Below are positions 1-12,370 of a DNA stretch of 64,000 nt, in pieces. The translations under genes and the position numbers were made by a program. Every line of letters begins with the position of its first letter. The stretch's first letter is position 1. Origin of the DNA: Podarcis bocagei (taxonomy: Eukaryota); NCBI GenBank assembly GCA_964188305.1, contig OZ076901.1; one strand, 5' to 3'. Below the pieces are notes generated by a model. The model ran no database searches, was not told where the DNA came from, and saw only the letters and a list, made by a program, of their open reading frames with translations.

Positions 1-438
1 GACAAGATCCAGGCCCCGGATTCCTTTAACGCAATATCCTTGGACATGGAGGGCCAGGCAATGGCCGACCTCCCCTCCCCCACACATCAATAAGCCAATG
101 CCTAACGGCCAAACCTTACAAGTTGTGATGATTGCTAAGAGGTAGGTGAAAACCAAGTGGCCAGTGCCAATCTGACAAATGGAAAAATTCCTACCTGTCC
201 CCTGTCCCAAGACAGACAACCAACCAAAGTCCAAAGCAAGACCAGAAGACATCTAAAATAAAAGGGTGGGTGGGCAGGTGTTTGACAGCGCAAAGCAGGT
301 GCACAGCACACGATGCACTGCCACTTATATACCCCCCCCCACGATCACCCCACTCAAAGTGATTGGCCAAAGAGGCATGGTGCCACCCCAGCATGGAAGG
401 ACTCACTCCACCCATGCAAGGGTGGGGTGAGCTGTGTT
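1..438 (-). mobile_element. ENE-bearing ~0.8 kb element, copy A (3' part runs off the window start)
   Basis: Shares GGATTCCTTTAACG and CCTTACAAGTTGTGA blocks and the U-loop motif with 45523-46336 and 58124-58917. TATATAAG on - at 324-331; 12-bp terminal hairpin CTCACTCCACCC/GGGTGGGGTGAG at ~402-431. Confidence 0.75.
141..195 (-). ncRNA. ENE-like RNA motif, copy A
   Basis: RNA: GGUAGG-AA-UUUUU-CCA...GUCAG(AUUGGCA)CUGGC...UGG-UUUU-CA-CCUACC. Confidence 0.6.
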
Positions 439-616
439 GAGGGCCTGCCCACAACCAGGACCATCTTTTAAGATGATCCAACATGTCCTGGAACTGGCCC
501 CGGAAACTACTTGGCAGCCAGTGCAGTTGCGCCAGGATTGGGGTTATATGTTCAAACTGTCTTGTTTTGCTGAGCAATCTGGCCACTGAATTTTGCACCA
601 GCAAAATTGAAGTTTC

Positions 617-935
617 CATACCCTCCAGCATTTCTACAATGAAAATAGTGACACCCTTTTTCATAATGACAATTTTACTATTAATACCCCATACATGTTA
701 CTGGGTTGCCCCAGCCACTCTGGGCAGCTCCCAACACATATAAAAGCATAATAAAACATTAAACATTGAGAAAACTTCCCTATAGAGGATTGTCTTCAGA
801 CGGCTCAGGGGTCGGATAACTCCATTCTCTCCAATGAAAACAGGGACATCCTAAGGAAAAGTGGGACTTTCTGGGACCAAATCAGAAACTCTAAATCCAG
901 GATGTCCCTGGAAAATAGGGACACTTGGAGGGTCT
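617..935 (-). mobile_element. Composite non-autonomous TIR element carrying an L2 3' tail
   Basis: TIR CATACCCTCC...GGAGGGTCTG. Internal L2 tail (CCCAGCCACTCTGGG..AACTTCCCTATA). Same internal junction at 8003-9262 and 17530-17820. Confidence 0.6.
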
Positions 936-1440
936 GAACTGTCTCGAGAGGCAATTGACACATTGCAGTAATCCAACATAGAGTGCAGGCCACAGAAGTT
1001 AGGCTATACGTGTCCAGATAGGGCAGTAACTGGGCCACCAGCCAAAGCCGACAAAAGGCACTCCCTGCCACCAGGCAACAGTACCTACTCCTTAAGAGGG
1101 AGTGTAAACCCCTCAAGAGCAGGCAGTCTCCATTCTTCCTTTCTAGGGAACCTCTGTCTTACCTGGATTGAGCTTCAGTTGATTGACTCTCATTCAGACC
1201 ATTACTGAGGCAAGGCAACTGTACAGCGTATCCACTGCCTCACCTGCAGGTGTGAAGGAGGAGCAAAGTTGTGTTTCATCAGCACACCACTGACAACATG
1301 CTCCCAAATTCTGGATGATTCCACTCAGTGGCTTGATATTGAACAACATGAGGGATAGAATTGAACTCTGAGGAGGCCATGATGCTGAAAAACAGTCCCC
1401 AAGAATCACCCACTGAAGACAACAATCCAAGTAGGACCAG

Positions 1441-2093
1441 TAGGACACATGCCCGACTGGCATGTTCTGTCCCTCCTGGTCGGTCGTTCGGGAGTTTCAA
1501 AAGCTTTCTCCAGCCCGAACATCACAGCGACTGATACCAAGAGGTATTAGAATGCTTTAGGATCCTGCAGAGTGTTAGCAGTTCGCATAACAGACTTAGC
1601 AGCACAGCATTTTGGCTAAACTGCATTTACCGTATTTTTTGCTCTATAAGACTCACTTTTTCCCTCCTAAAAAGTAAAGGGAAATGTGTGTGCGTCTTAT
1701 GGGGCGAATGCAGGCTGTGCAGCTATCCCAGAAGCCAGAACAGCAAGAGGGATCACTCCTTTCGCTGTGCAGCGATCCCTCTTGCTGTTCTGGCTTCTGG
1801 GATTCAGAATAGTTTTTTTCTTGTTTTCCTCCTCCAAAAACTAGGTGCGTCCTATAGAGCGAAAAATACGGTATTTACATTTAATACACTTGGAGCATTC
1901 TGACTTAGCTCCTTCCTCTTTCCAATCAGACAGCAAAGAGAAAGAACAAAGGACAATAGTCCCACATCACGGAAACACAGTAATACCAAAACATCCTGTC
2001 TCCGTCACTTCCCACTATGTGGAATGAAAACATACACCGTCATGTGATAGAAAACAATCCCCTGACTGCAAGCACGGAGCATGAATCCTAACA
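1441..2093 (-). mobile_element. Solo LTR truncated at one end, same family as 19854-20295
   Basis: Colinear with 19854-20295 (GACACATGCCCGACTGGCATGTTC..., GGACAATAGTCCCAC..., ...CTAACA end). Confidence 0.8.
1630..1871. mobile_element. Tc1/mariner (pogo/Tigger-like) MITE
   Basis: TIR CCGTATTTTTTGCTCTATA / TATAGAGCGAAAAATACGG with TA on both sides; splits the LTR at its poly(A) signal. Confidence 0.85.
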
Positions 2094-4169
2094 CCATGGT
2101 GCAAGAATCCTAACACCATGTTGCTGAAAAACAGTCCACAAGCATCACCCACTGAAGACGACCATCCAAGCAGGACCAGAACCACTGCAAAGCAGTGCCG
2201 CCGCCCCTCCCCCGACAATCCAGATAGCCTCTCCAGGAGGATACAGAGGTCGATAGTATTGAAAACCTCTGATAAGTCGAGGATTAACAGGGACACATTT
2301 CCTCTGTCTCTCTCCTGACAGATATAATCATATAAAGTGCCAAAGCCAGGCTAAAACACCATTGAAATGGATCTAAAACAGGAACTGTTTTAAGATTATG
2401 ATCCAGACAATGGAGGTTTGGGCAGTTTGGAACAAATAACCATCTTTTCCTTCCATATTTTTGCATTGACACTCCAAGCCCGAAAGCCAATTTACTCATT
2501 GATGTCACAGCTAAAAATTGGCCACTGTTTCTTTAATGCTAAAAGAACTAAGTCAGCATGAGTCAGCAGCCAACAATGACCCATGCAACCTTTCACCAAA
2601 TTGTACCTGTATATATACTGTAGAGTGGTCAATGTTAGTGTTGGGTGTGGGTTGCTTGGATGGTACAAAGCTGGTTGCGTTTGGTGTGTGTAAAAGCTGT
2701 TGGTCGTGGTTGAAGAAGATTTTTTAAGAATAAAAGCAGCGATACTCTGCAAGAATACTCTTTCTCAAAGACTCTTTTGTGCCAACTAAGGTCTGAGGAC
2801 TAGGCAAAGGAGTAAAAAGGAGGTCAGAACCTTTTCTTTTTCAAACACTGACAATTGACTGCCAGTGAGTGAGTGAGTGAGTGAGTGTGTCTGTGTGTAA
2901 TCATAACTGTGTGAGACTTGGTAAATCCTCATAAGTAAATGCAACAGTGATATCTCTAAGGTAATGGTGTTGATTGCACTAACCTCAGTGGCACACGTTG
3001 CTGCAAAGATTCCCAAGCAGATAGTTATGAGGTGGCACTGTCACCAGATGCATGTGAATCTTTCCCTTTCCCTCCCCATCCAGCAGGTTGTAGAGGGAAG
3101 GACAGATCATTCTTGCTAGAGGGCTGAATAAATTGGCTGCAGAATATTTTTTTTGAAATTAGGCTCAGGTTCATAAATTGCCCATCCTTGGCACAGGGCA
3201 GCATTTTGTTGGATGATGCTTGTTGGTCCCATGCATTCTATGAGCCATAATTTCTTATTTTTTCCAGAGGTCTATGCCAAAACCAGAAGAGCTGTAATTG
3301 CCATATATCTCTACTGCACATTCAAAACCTCCTGTTTCCAGCAGGTGTACTCTCATTAACACTCCATATAAGAAAATCCACATTTTTGCACAGCAAGATA
3401 CTGGTTTTTATTAATAAGCCTCCTATTTGTATACTTCTCCTTTTTATGAGGCCATTGTGTGAAAGCAAATGAACAGTTATTGCTCTGGGGCTTAGTTTAT
3501 TCCATAAATAACTGCAGTGGCTGGGAGGATAAATCTTTCCTAAAATACTGTTGTATTGTATAATCATGAAGGCATATGAATATTTTTCACATTAAGAGTA
3601 AAGGAAAGCACAGCCTGGATTGACAAGTAATAAGAAAACATACTCAGGGAAGAGGAAGACCTACACATAAACACATGCAAATATTGCTTGCGTTTGGCGT
3701 TGACAGTGCAATTACCCAATTTGCAGCAGTTATTAAGCCGCAGCCTGGGTCAATGACATTCAACTCATAGCTGAATCGCAGCCTGTGACTTGTGCCACCC
3801 TTTGTGCTGTTCTTCATTTGCCTTTCATAAAAGATCACCACCTCCACTGGTCTACTGCTGAAGGTCATTGCTGTTGCTCCTACAGTTACAACAAGACCAA
3901 AGGTCAATTGTGCAATGAATCATTATCTACCCATGAGGTTCCCTTCTTGTGCCTTTATGCAAGATCAGGGACTCAAGCAACAGAGTAAAGGGTATTATCT
4001 GGGTAGATCTTCCCAGAATCACCTGCTTGAGAGGTGAGGCAGATGGATAGCCAGGAAGCCGACTGCAGGTCAGTTTTGATATGGTAGCTGAAACCAAGAG
4101 TATGAGATGGAAAGGGGTGTTTAACAAAGAAGAAGGCAACAAATTTATCAACATAGTTTCACTGCAGTG

Positions 4170-4510
4170 CCCCGTATTCCAATAACATCCTGTTTAGACT
4201 ACTGCAACATGCTCTGTGTGGGGCTACCCTCAAAAATTGTCCAGGAGCTGTAACAGGTGCAGAATGATGTAGCTTGGATGTTGTGCAAAACACCATGAGG
4301 TAGGCACATTACTCCAATCCTCAAGTCAACCGCCCTGGCTGCCAGTATGGTACTGGGCCCAATTCATGGTGTTTGTGCTAACATACAAATCCCTAAGAGA
4401 ACTAGGACCCAAATACTTGAAGGAGCATCCTCCCCAGTATTTTCTCATCCTTAAATTTTGTTCTCTGAAGGAGAGACCCTGCTCATGTTGTAGTAGCAAG
4501 GTGAGCCAGA
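4170..4510 (+). mobile_element. Degraded L2 ORF2 3' fragment
   Basis: TTAGACTACTGCAAC..CTCTGTGTGGGGCTACCC (LDYCN.L.VGLP), CAGGTGCAGAAT, CATTACTCCAATCCTC (ITPIL). Confidence 0.7.
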
Positions 4511-5920
4511 GGTGATTTGGAACATATTGTAGCTTCTATAGTTTATTGAGAACTTTTCAATTCACAAGAACAACTCACACTATAGTCATCAGACACAAAT
4601 CCCAGATACCATATCTGAGTTCCAGGAAATCAATTTTAAGGAGACCTCAGTCAGCCTATACTAACTTGTTACTCTCCATGTGCTTTGAAATACACTTCCC
4701 ATCAGTCCTCACCACCACGGTCATGCTCATGGGAATTGTAGTCCAAAACAGTGGCAGGCGGGGGAGGGGGGTCACCAGGTTGGTGAAGAACAAAAAGCTT
4801 ATACTTTTCGCACAGGGGTTATTTCAAAACATTTATCTAGACTGCACTGCTCTCCATTGTATTGGAGATTGAGTTTCAGAGTAGTAAGTGCATTGATTAT
4901 GCTGAACCGGATACACAGCATGTTATGAACATAATACAGTAGATAGGCATAAGTAGCTTAATGGTTTTGTTAGGGTTGCTGGTCTGAAGCTAAATTGATA
5001 GGATGTTCATTTTGGGGGACAAGCCTTTTGAAAGCAATTCCAGTCTGGGTCTGAGACAAAATTGCTCAATCTTATGGTCAAATTTGACTCGGCAATTGTG
5101 TGATTGCAAGGATCACAACATGTTAGAATGAAAACAGCAGTGGAAAGTGTGTGCTTGCATAAGGATTAGGACACTGGTGCATGGGGAAAGGGGTTTAACC
5201 TCTTCCCTCCATGCCGTACTCCTGGTTAAAATCCCCCTTCCATATATGCCATTTGCCACAGAAAGGATGTTTCCTTTGACACCAATGTTCTAGAGGGGTG
5301 AGAATGGGATTTTCATTGGGACTTTGGAATGGAGGAAAATGTTTAGCCTTTTCTCCCCACATGCCATGGTCCCGATCCTGAAAAGATGCTTGCTTGCTTA
5401 TATATTTATTTGAAAAATTACAAATCTGAATTGTGATCACGCAAACATTCTGACCCTAAGGATCCTGGTCAGAATCAAAACTTTTATAAGACTAAGTGGA
5501 ATCCAATTTGATCCCTGAATTACCCAACCCTTCCTGAGGTACTCATCCCTAGTGGTGGCGCTGATGTGCCTTTGGGTTTCTGATATGACAACCTAAACAC
5601 CTTTTAGCTGCCTATGAATAATGTTTATGTTTTTCACTAACTATTTTGCATGTGAATCACAGCTGGACCCAATTTTCTTAGGAGACACTTTTGGAAGCAC
5701 ATCTATCTCTCTCCCCCCCCCCCAATCTCTCTTTTCTCATCACTTTCCAGAATTTTCTCTGAATGTTCTCCACTGCTATTTTCCCTCCAAAATGCCATGA
5801 AATGATGCTTGTTCTGCTGCATTGCAGAGGATGAAATATGGTGGCCAGGCTACTAACACACGTGCATAATAGAAAAAACAATGACCAAGAATCCTTGCAG
5901 AGGAATGGTCAGCAAAATAA

Positions 5921-6114
5921 GGGCCATAGCTCAGTGGTAGACCATCTGTTTTGCATGCAGTAGGGTCTCTTGTTCAGTCCCTGGCATCTCCAGGTATTGC
6001 TAGGAATGTGCCAAGCCTGAAACCACGAAAAGCCATTGCAAGTCAGCCTACACAATACTTAGCAGGGTAGACAAATTGTCTGACCCAGTATAAGGCAGGT
6101 TCCTCTGTTCCTAT
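5921..6114 (+). mobile_element. tRNA-derived SINE (Squam2-like)
   Basis: tRNA head GGGCCATAGCTCAGTGGTAGA (A box), GTTCAGTCCC (B box), tail AGGCAGGTTCCTCTGTTCCTAT. Confidence 0.75.
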
Positions 6115-6414
6115 CCAATGTCACTGCTCAGGATGAGCCACACCTGCGCTAAGCTGCTGGGGAATTCTTCTTCCCCCTGGAGAAATTCAGTGCAATTGCC
6201 CTTCCAATTTCTTTGCCCACAAATATGGTGAAGAAATTTGAATGACTACTGACACACAACTGCAATGTGAGTGTTGACAGTTGAGAAAGCAAAGTCATGG
6301 GAGGAGAAAGAAAAGTCAAGAAATATCAAAGCACAATATCATAACATAAAACTCCCCACCCAACTCACAGGAGTGTCATATGTTTTGCAGTTCATTTTCT
6401 TCTCCTTGTATTAT

Positions 6415-6564
6415 NNNNNNNNNNNNNNNNNNNNNNNNNNNNNNNNNNNNNNNNNNNNNNNNNNNNNNNNNNNNNNNNNNNNNNNNNNNNNNNNNNNNNN
6501 NNNNNNNNNNNNNNNNNNNNNNNNNNNNNNNNNNNNNNNNNNNNNNNNNNNNNNNNNNNNNNNN
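6415..6564. other. Assembly gap (150 N)
   Basis: Run of N. Confidence 1.
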
Positions 6565-7525
6565 AGCAACGGCGACAACAACACATCTCTGTCTGAAAAT
6601 GTGAATTCAGGACAGGCAGCGAGAGGAAATCCAATTCCAAATATAGAGCTCCTGCAAACAAACTGCTGCTAGGTACTGTAGATGCTGCTCTGTACGCCAC
6701 AAGATTGCTTACATGTTAAGTCATTTTGTGTGAAGGTTATGGAGGGAGCAGAGCTAATGATAGAGACATCCTCCCCTTGGGACCCATTGATTTTCATATT
6801 AGGATGGGTGGAACATTCCCAAGGACTATCAAGTACAGACAGACTCACACATACACAAAATGCTCCTCCTGAGAGGAAACATTGATTGCTGAGAACATGA
6901 TCACACAAAGGACTGAATTTTCTGCTGCTTAGAATAGTGTAGAGAGAAATAAAGGAAAGGGGACCGAATGGATTACCTGCATTCCATCACTTCATTGTTC
7001 AGGAGAGCCATTTCATTCTCTATTCACTGCTTCCTGAATAACAGTTTAACAAGGAGAATTTCTAAAATAGAATCTGAAGATGGAGCGGGTGCAACGCGTT
7101 GCCATTTTCAGCTTCTCCACAATTTACATTTGCATCTTTCCTAGATTGACTACATGCAAAAAAAAGGTAGGATTCCGGCACTTTGAATGGTTGTGTAGAA
7201 AAGGGAATTTCAATAGACATACAGTAACTTGCCATGGCCACTCTAATCTTCCCACATCTGCATGGATACATGACTGCCCAAAAAGTAAAAAAAGAGGACA
7301 AGAAAGATACAGTCCTCCACAATGAAATGAAAATGTTATTAACAAACACAGAATAAACAACATTATAATAGAAAGAGACCTGTATTACAGTAATCAGAAA
7401 AATCTTAGAGCAATATGTTGCTTTCCTTTATAAGAATTTCATACAACCAGTCTTTGTATCTCAATAATCAATAAACCCAGACAATTTCCCCCACTATACT
7501 ACTATAAAACCATTTCTTCCAACTA

Positions 7526-7666
7526 TAGGGGGGCTGAGGAAGTTTTGGACTTCCAAATTTTGTTGGACTCCAATTCCCATTAGCCCCAGTCAGTGTGACA
7601 AGTGGCATGGGATGACGGGACTTATAGTCAAACAACATCTCGAGGGCCAAAGTTTCCCCATTGCTG
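7526..7666. mobile_element. Degraded palindromic hAT-type MITE
   Basis: TGTTGGACTCCAATTCCCATT.../ATGGGATGACGGGACTTATAGTCAAACAACATCT; same family as 24382-24518 and 52651-52788. Confidence 0.6.
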
Positions 7667-8002
7667 ATATTCAACATTTGTTGGTAGGTCTGTAGCCCCC
7701 CAAATGCAGTGAGGTATCAGTGAGAGAAAGGGTGGGAAGGATGAATAGAAGCTGATGCAGTGTAGTGAGAAAAGGGAGGGAAAGACTGAACTTTTCAGTC
7801 TTGATAAATAATATCAAATAAAAAGAGTGGTGTCCTAGGTTGAAAATGAAAATGCCTAAACACACTCTTGGAGTAAGGCCTCCACTGGGAGTTTTCCTAA
7901 AGTGAAATGATCTTCTGGTGTTCTGAGGACAACTGAGACCTTAGGTAAGTAAGAGCTGACAACATTATTTTATAATTGGGGCTTACCTTTTCTTGCCAAT
8001 GG

Positions 8003-9262
8003 CAGACCCTCCAAGTGTCCTATTTTCCAGGGACAGTTGTGGATTTACAGAAGGCATCCCAGTTTCTGATTTGGTCCTGGAATGTCCTACTTTTCCTTAG
8101 GACATCCCTATTTTCATCAGATAAATATTGGAGGATATCCCTATTTTCATTGGATAAATATGAGTATGGAGTTATCTGACCCTCGAGCCACCGGAAGGCA
8201 GCCCTGTATAGGGAAGTTTTAAAATGTTTAATGTTTAGATATGTTGGAATCTGCCCAGAGTGGCTGGGGCAATCCAGTCACATGGGCAGAGTACAAATAG
8301 TATCATCAACTGCCGCATTAAGCAGTTGGTCCCTTACCTTTCCCACCCTGATCTGGCCACAGTGATCCATGCGACGGTCACCTCCAGGCTTGACTACTGG
8401 AATTTGCTCCACGCAGGGCTGCCCTTGAAAATGTCCCAGAAACTCCAGCGGGTGCAGAATGCTGCAGCGAGGTTTTTGACGGGGTCCCTGCCATGGGAGC
8501 ATATTCACGCGGTGCTTTACCAGTTGCACTGGCTCCTGGTGGAATATCGGGTCAGGTTTAAGGTGCTGGTTTTGACCTTTAAAGCCCTTTGTGGCTTAGG
8601 GTCCTCGTATCTATGGGACCGCCTCTCCTGGTATGCCTCGCAGAGGACCTTAAGGTCCATGAATAATCATAGTTTAGAGGTCCCGGGCCCTAAGGAAGTT
8701 AGATTATCCTCCACCAGGGCCAGGGCCTTCTCAGTGGTGGCTCCGACCTGGTGGAATGCTCTGTCCCATGATACCAGGGCCCTGCAGGATTTAACTTCCT
8801 TCTGCAGGGCCTGTAAGACAGAGCTATTCCAACTGGCTTGAACTTAGCCTGATCTTTTATTCCCCTTCCTTCCCTCCCTCTCCCCTCTTTATGAAGATTA
8901 CCCACTCTGGGATCCCACAGCTAATTCTCCCCTGTTCTCCTCGCTGACCCAAATAGGACTAACTTAGCCAGCTAGCCCTGATGATCATCTAATGTTTATT
9001 GGATGGTTTCCCCCCCAAATTGATTTTTAATTCTGAATTTATTGTTATTCACATTTTATACTGTATTTTATGCTTTTTTTGCATCAATTAAGTGTTTAAA
9101 ATTTGTTCTTAGCCGCCCTGAGCCCGGTTTTCTGAACTGGGAAGTGAGGGGTATAAATAAAAATTTATTATTATTTATCATCATCACCACCACCATCATC
9201 ATCATCATCACAACAACAACAATAGGGTGTCTCTATTTTCATTGGATAAATGTTGGAGGGGA
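8003..9262 (+). mobile_element. Composite TIR element (family of 617-935) interrupted by an L2 insertion
   Basis: Starts CAGACCCTCCAAGTGTCC; internal GGAGTTATCTGACCC-L2 tail; resumes after 9222 with CTATTTTCATTGGATAAATGTTGGAGGG. Confidence 0.55.
8310..9222 (+). mobile_element. 5'-truncated L2 LINE (ORF2 C-terminus, 3'UTR, simple-repeat tail)
   Basis: ORF 8260-8841: VIHATVTSRLDYWN..LQRVQNAAARFLTG..HIHAVLYQLHWL..RFKVLVLTFKAL..RAFSVVAPTWWNAL; tail (ATT)/(CAT)/(CAA)n. Confidence 0.9.
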
Positions 9263-10494
9263 TACAATGGCAAGCCCAACCCATCTTTGCAGAACCTAAT
9301 TAGTTAAAGATTAATTGCTTACAAGCTGGAAACATTTCTTGCAACAAAATTAAATATACGGTAGATAATAAATGATTTAAATCTAATCCACACCTCTCTA
9401 CTTTAGCAATTTTACTGACAACTTGCACCCAGGAACAGTTTCACAATTCCTCTGCATATGGTTGAGATCAACATTGATGTGACTGTATATACTAATGTTT
9501 AAAAATTCTTTTTGTGCAGTATTTGATAGATCTGTGGAGGTTTTTCTGCTCGTTGATCAAATACTGCATTATTTTTAAAAAATCTTTTTAAAAGCTCATA
9601 TGTGCCATCACATAAAAATTGTCCCATTCTCCTCTCCCTGGTATTTTATCAATGACTACAGAAGCACGTGCTGGTCAATAAAACATCACACACACACACG
9701 TACACATACACAAATGTGATGTGATAGTAGGCATATTCAAATCAGGATTGTGGTTTTTGCAATGTTCTATCAATATGCATATGTGCTTAAGTAAACGTGA
9801 ATGAACTGAAATAACTGAACATTGTGGCAAACTGTGCATGAACAGTACTCTGCAAAATTTGAAACAACATCTGGCAATTTGAAACTTAAAAAACTAGAGA
9901 TAAAAGAAGGTGGGCCATTTTGGAAGCAAAGGTGGACCACAAATTGCTGCCTTGTTTTGCATGCTCTTTTGTCCCACATGAAACTAAGGAGTAAAAAATA
10001 AAATAAAGTGTGTGTGTGTGTTGCACTTACATTGTTAATATTATAGCAGTGTCACACATTCCTGTTGCTTCATTCATTTGCTTTAGTTGTTAGTTACGGC
10101 TCAGTGGTTGTTTTGGCTCATAGAAAGCAACCACTCTTAGGGGGGAGTATCTAAGTAGTTCCACTAGCACAGGGACTTTTAGCTCTGCAATGAAACTTCT
10201 TCACCCACCCCTGTCCCTGTGTGACCCCCACACAATCCCAAAATTTGTTCAGGGATTTCCTGCAGCCCTATCAAAGTCTGGGAGGGTTGCCATGGCAGTA
10301 GGACAAGGATCCATTCCTCATTTCAGCCAGCCTTTGCTGATGGGATAGCACTGCATCAGGGTTGGAAAATGCCCTCAAACTCCTCCTTGGGAGATGTCCA
10401 GCATTGAATCTAGTCATGGTGCAAGCAAAGCATCCAGGGTCTCACGGGGTGACCGGAGTGAGAGCTACCAGCCAGGCAGAGATATCAATCCTAG

Positions 10495-10690
10495 CAGGCA
10501 TGCCATCTATGGGGGGGGGGCTGAGCCCCCAATTTTCAATGAGGGGTCTGCCCCCTCAATATTCTGCAGCCAGGCGGGCTCCATCGGGCCCTCCCGTGGC
10601 TGTGACTAGACCACATTGGGCTGCTTTCCACCATGTGACATCACACACACACCTGGTCCCCCCAATGTTGGGCAGAACTGGCCATGCCTG
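10495..10690. mobile_element. hAT-type MITE inserted in copy B
   Basis: TIR CAGGCATG/CATGCCTG; imperfect 8-bp TSD AATCCTAG/AACCCTGG. Confidence 0.65.
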
Positions 10691-10808
10691 AACCCTGGCC
10701 CCTTATGGAGTCCCCCTTTAGCATGCGGTCCTGCCATATGCAATTTCCACTCAAAGTAAACAAAGTTGTACAAAATGCCTAATGTAAGTAAGCCTTACTT
10801 CACTGTGG

Positions 10809-10870
10809 GAAAGGCAAAAAACCAAAAACCAAGGTGTCAACTGAGATTGAAAGGGGAAAAAAACCCTTTC
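10809..10870 (-). ncRNA. ENE-like RNA motif, copy B
   Basis: RNA: GAAAGG-G-UUUUUUU-CC...GG-UUUUUU-G-CCUUUC. Confidence 0.5.
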
Positions 10871-12370
10871 TGGCCCTGTCAACCAGCAGCCCAAATAGCT
10901 CAGTGAGGCTCTAATCTGTAGGTGGGTGGAAAGTTCATGGGGGGAAATGGCCCGGATCCCTAATGGGCATGGCCCTTTACAGGGCTCAACTCATGCTCTC
11001 ACTTGTGAGATCTCTCAGGATGATCCCATTCTGCAAGGTTTTATGAGAGCCAACAGGGAGACATGATTCCCATCTCCCCACTGCTTTCTGGGCCAAGATC
11101 ACCAGACAAAGCTGCTCCACATGCAATCATGCCTGGAACAAGGCTAGTCTATACTGCTGACCCTGTGCCTCCTTAAAAAGTACTTCAGACACCTAGCCCT
11201 GCTTTTCTAGTAATAAAGTGGATTCTTCACTTCCCTCAGAGCAATCACACCTCATTCTTTTGAATCACTGAAGACTGATCTCACTTCTAATCCTCCATGG
11301 TTTTTATCATTCCCCCCACCCCCTCATGGTCATGCTCTTGTCTTCATTCCTCCTGAGCTTCTCTCTAGAACTTGATAGCTCTTAAACTACATTCCATTGG
11401 CAAAGGAGAGAAATGCCTAGTTCACAGTTTATCATTTTTGTTTTAAAAAAGAAGCTTCTCCATATTAGATTTATCTGCAGTATTAAATCTCTCTTTGTTT
11501 TAATTAGTTCTGCCAAGTGATTCATGACATTTCATGACAATAATAGCAGCTCTGGGTATCTTTTTTTCCTTATTTAATCATTCTTCAGAGAAGTTTGGTC
11601 TGCAATGCATGGCTTTTAAGAACTCTGTGCTGATGTAAAAATGTTAATTTGCAAAATGAAAGTCGCTCCACTTTATCCTTTGCCAGACAGGTCTCCCCCA
11701 TGGCAAATCTACAGCTGTTAGGTGTCCTCTGAGGGGAGATGGGCTTTTGGCAAATATTTAGATTTATGACAGTTCAAAAGACAATTTAAACCTGCATAAT
11801 TAATTTTCATTAGAATTGATATGATGGATTTCATTTGTTTGGTAAATCATGATAATATACTGTAACTGCTTCAGCTCGAAGACAGCAATCATATGTTAAG
11901 AGGATATAGTGGAACAACGTCATGTGGCTGGTTCATTACTAAGATTGTAATTCTGCAATTGACAGTTCATTTATATATTTATTCAGGTAACAATTTAAAC
12001 CACGCCCTTCACGTTTTTGGATGGCAGTATCAGAAGGATCATATATTCCCATATTCTTGCCTTGAGATCATTATCAAAGGCCCTTCTCTGTGTGCCCTTG
12101 TGCAACCTGGGACACAAATATCTGAGAGAATAGCTGATTACATGCAGACCTGCCCATTTCCTTCAAATCTGCAGTCAAGGCCCTTCTGGTGATGTTTGCA
12201 CAGACAAAAATATGTAGCTAGTGGGCTTGGGAAAGGGCCTTTTTGTGGTGGCTCCACATCAGACAGCTTGAAGGTTGGTCTCCCAGGGGAGGACATTCTC
12301 AATGGCAGCCTCTAAGTTGCAGAACCCTCTCCCCACAGAGGTGTGTCTGGTACCTTCATTATACAACTTT

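Larger units (their letters stand above)
455..2330 (-). mobile_element. Fragmented L2 (CR1-clade) LINE ORF2 remnants, interrupted by a composite MITE, an LTR and a mariner MITE
   Basis: ORF track shows L2 RT/C-terminal motifs: VQNSVARLL..HITPILAQLHWLP, ADETQL (YADD region), LLILDLSEVFNTID. Confidence 0.75.
10365..11124 (-). mobile_element. ENE-bearing element, degraded copy B (same subfamily as F); boundaries approximate
   Basis: Colinear with copy F (GGTCTCAC.GGG, CCCCTTATGG, GGGAAAGG...GCCCTGTCA...GCTCAGTGA.GCTCTAA...GGGTGG). Confidence 0.6.

Noticed and set aside
5921-5992. tRNA gene (also heads at 31783, 42729 and 19770-19815)
   Set aside because: Continues into a SINE body, with a degenerate cloverleaf and no Pol III terminator after the head.
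6565-6671. Possible exon after the first gap (ORF 6271-6672)
   Set aside because: The ORF spans Ns, the donor is weak and no product is recognisable.
8260-8841. 193-aa ORF as a host gene
   Set aside because: It is the L2 ORF2 C-terminus of a truncated insertion.
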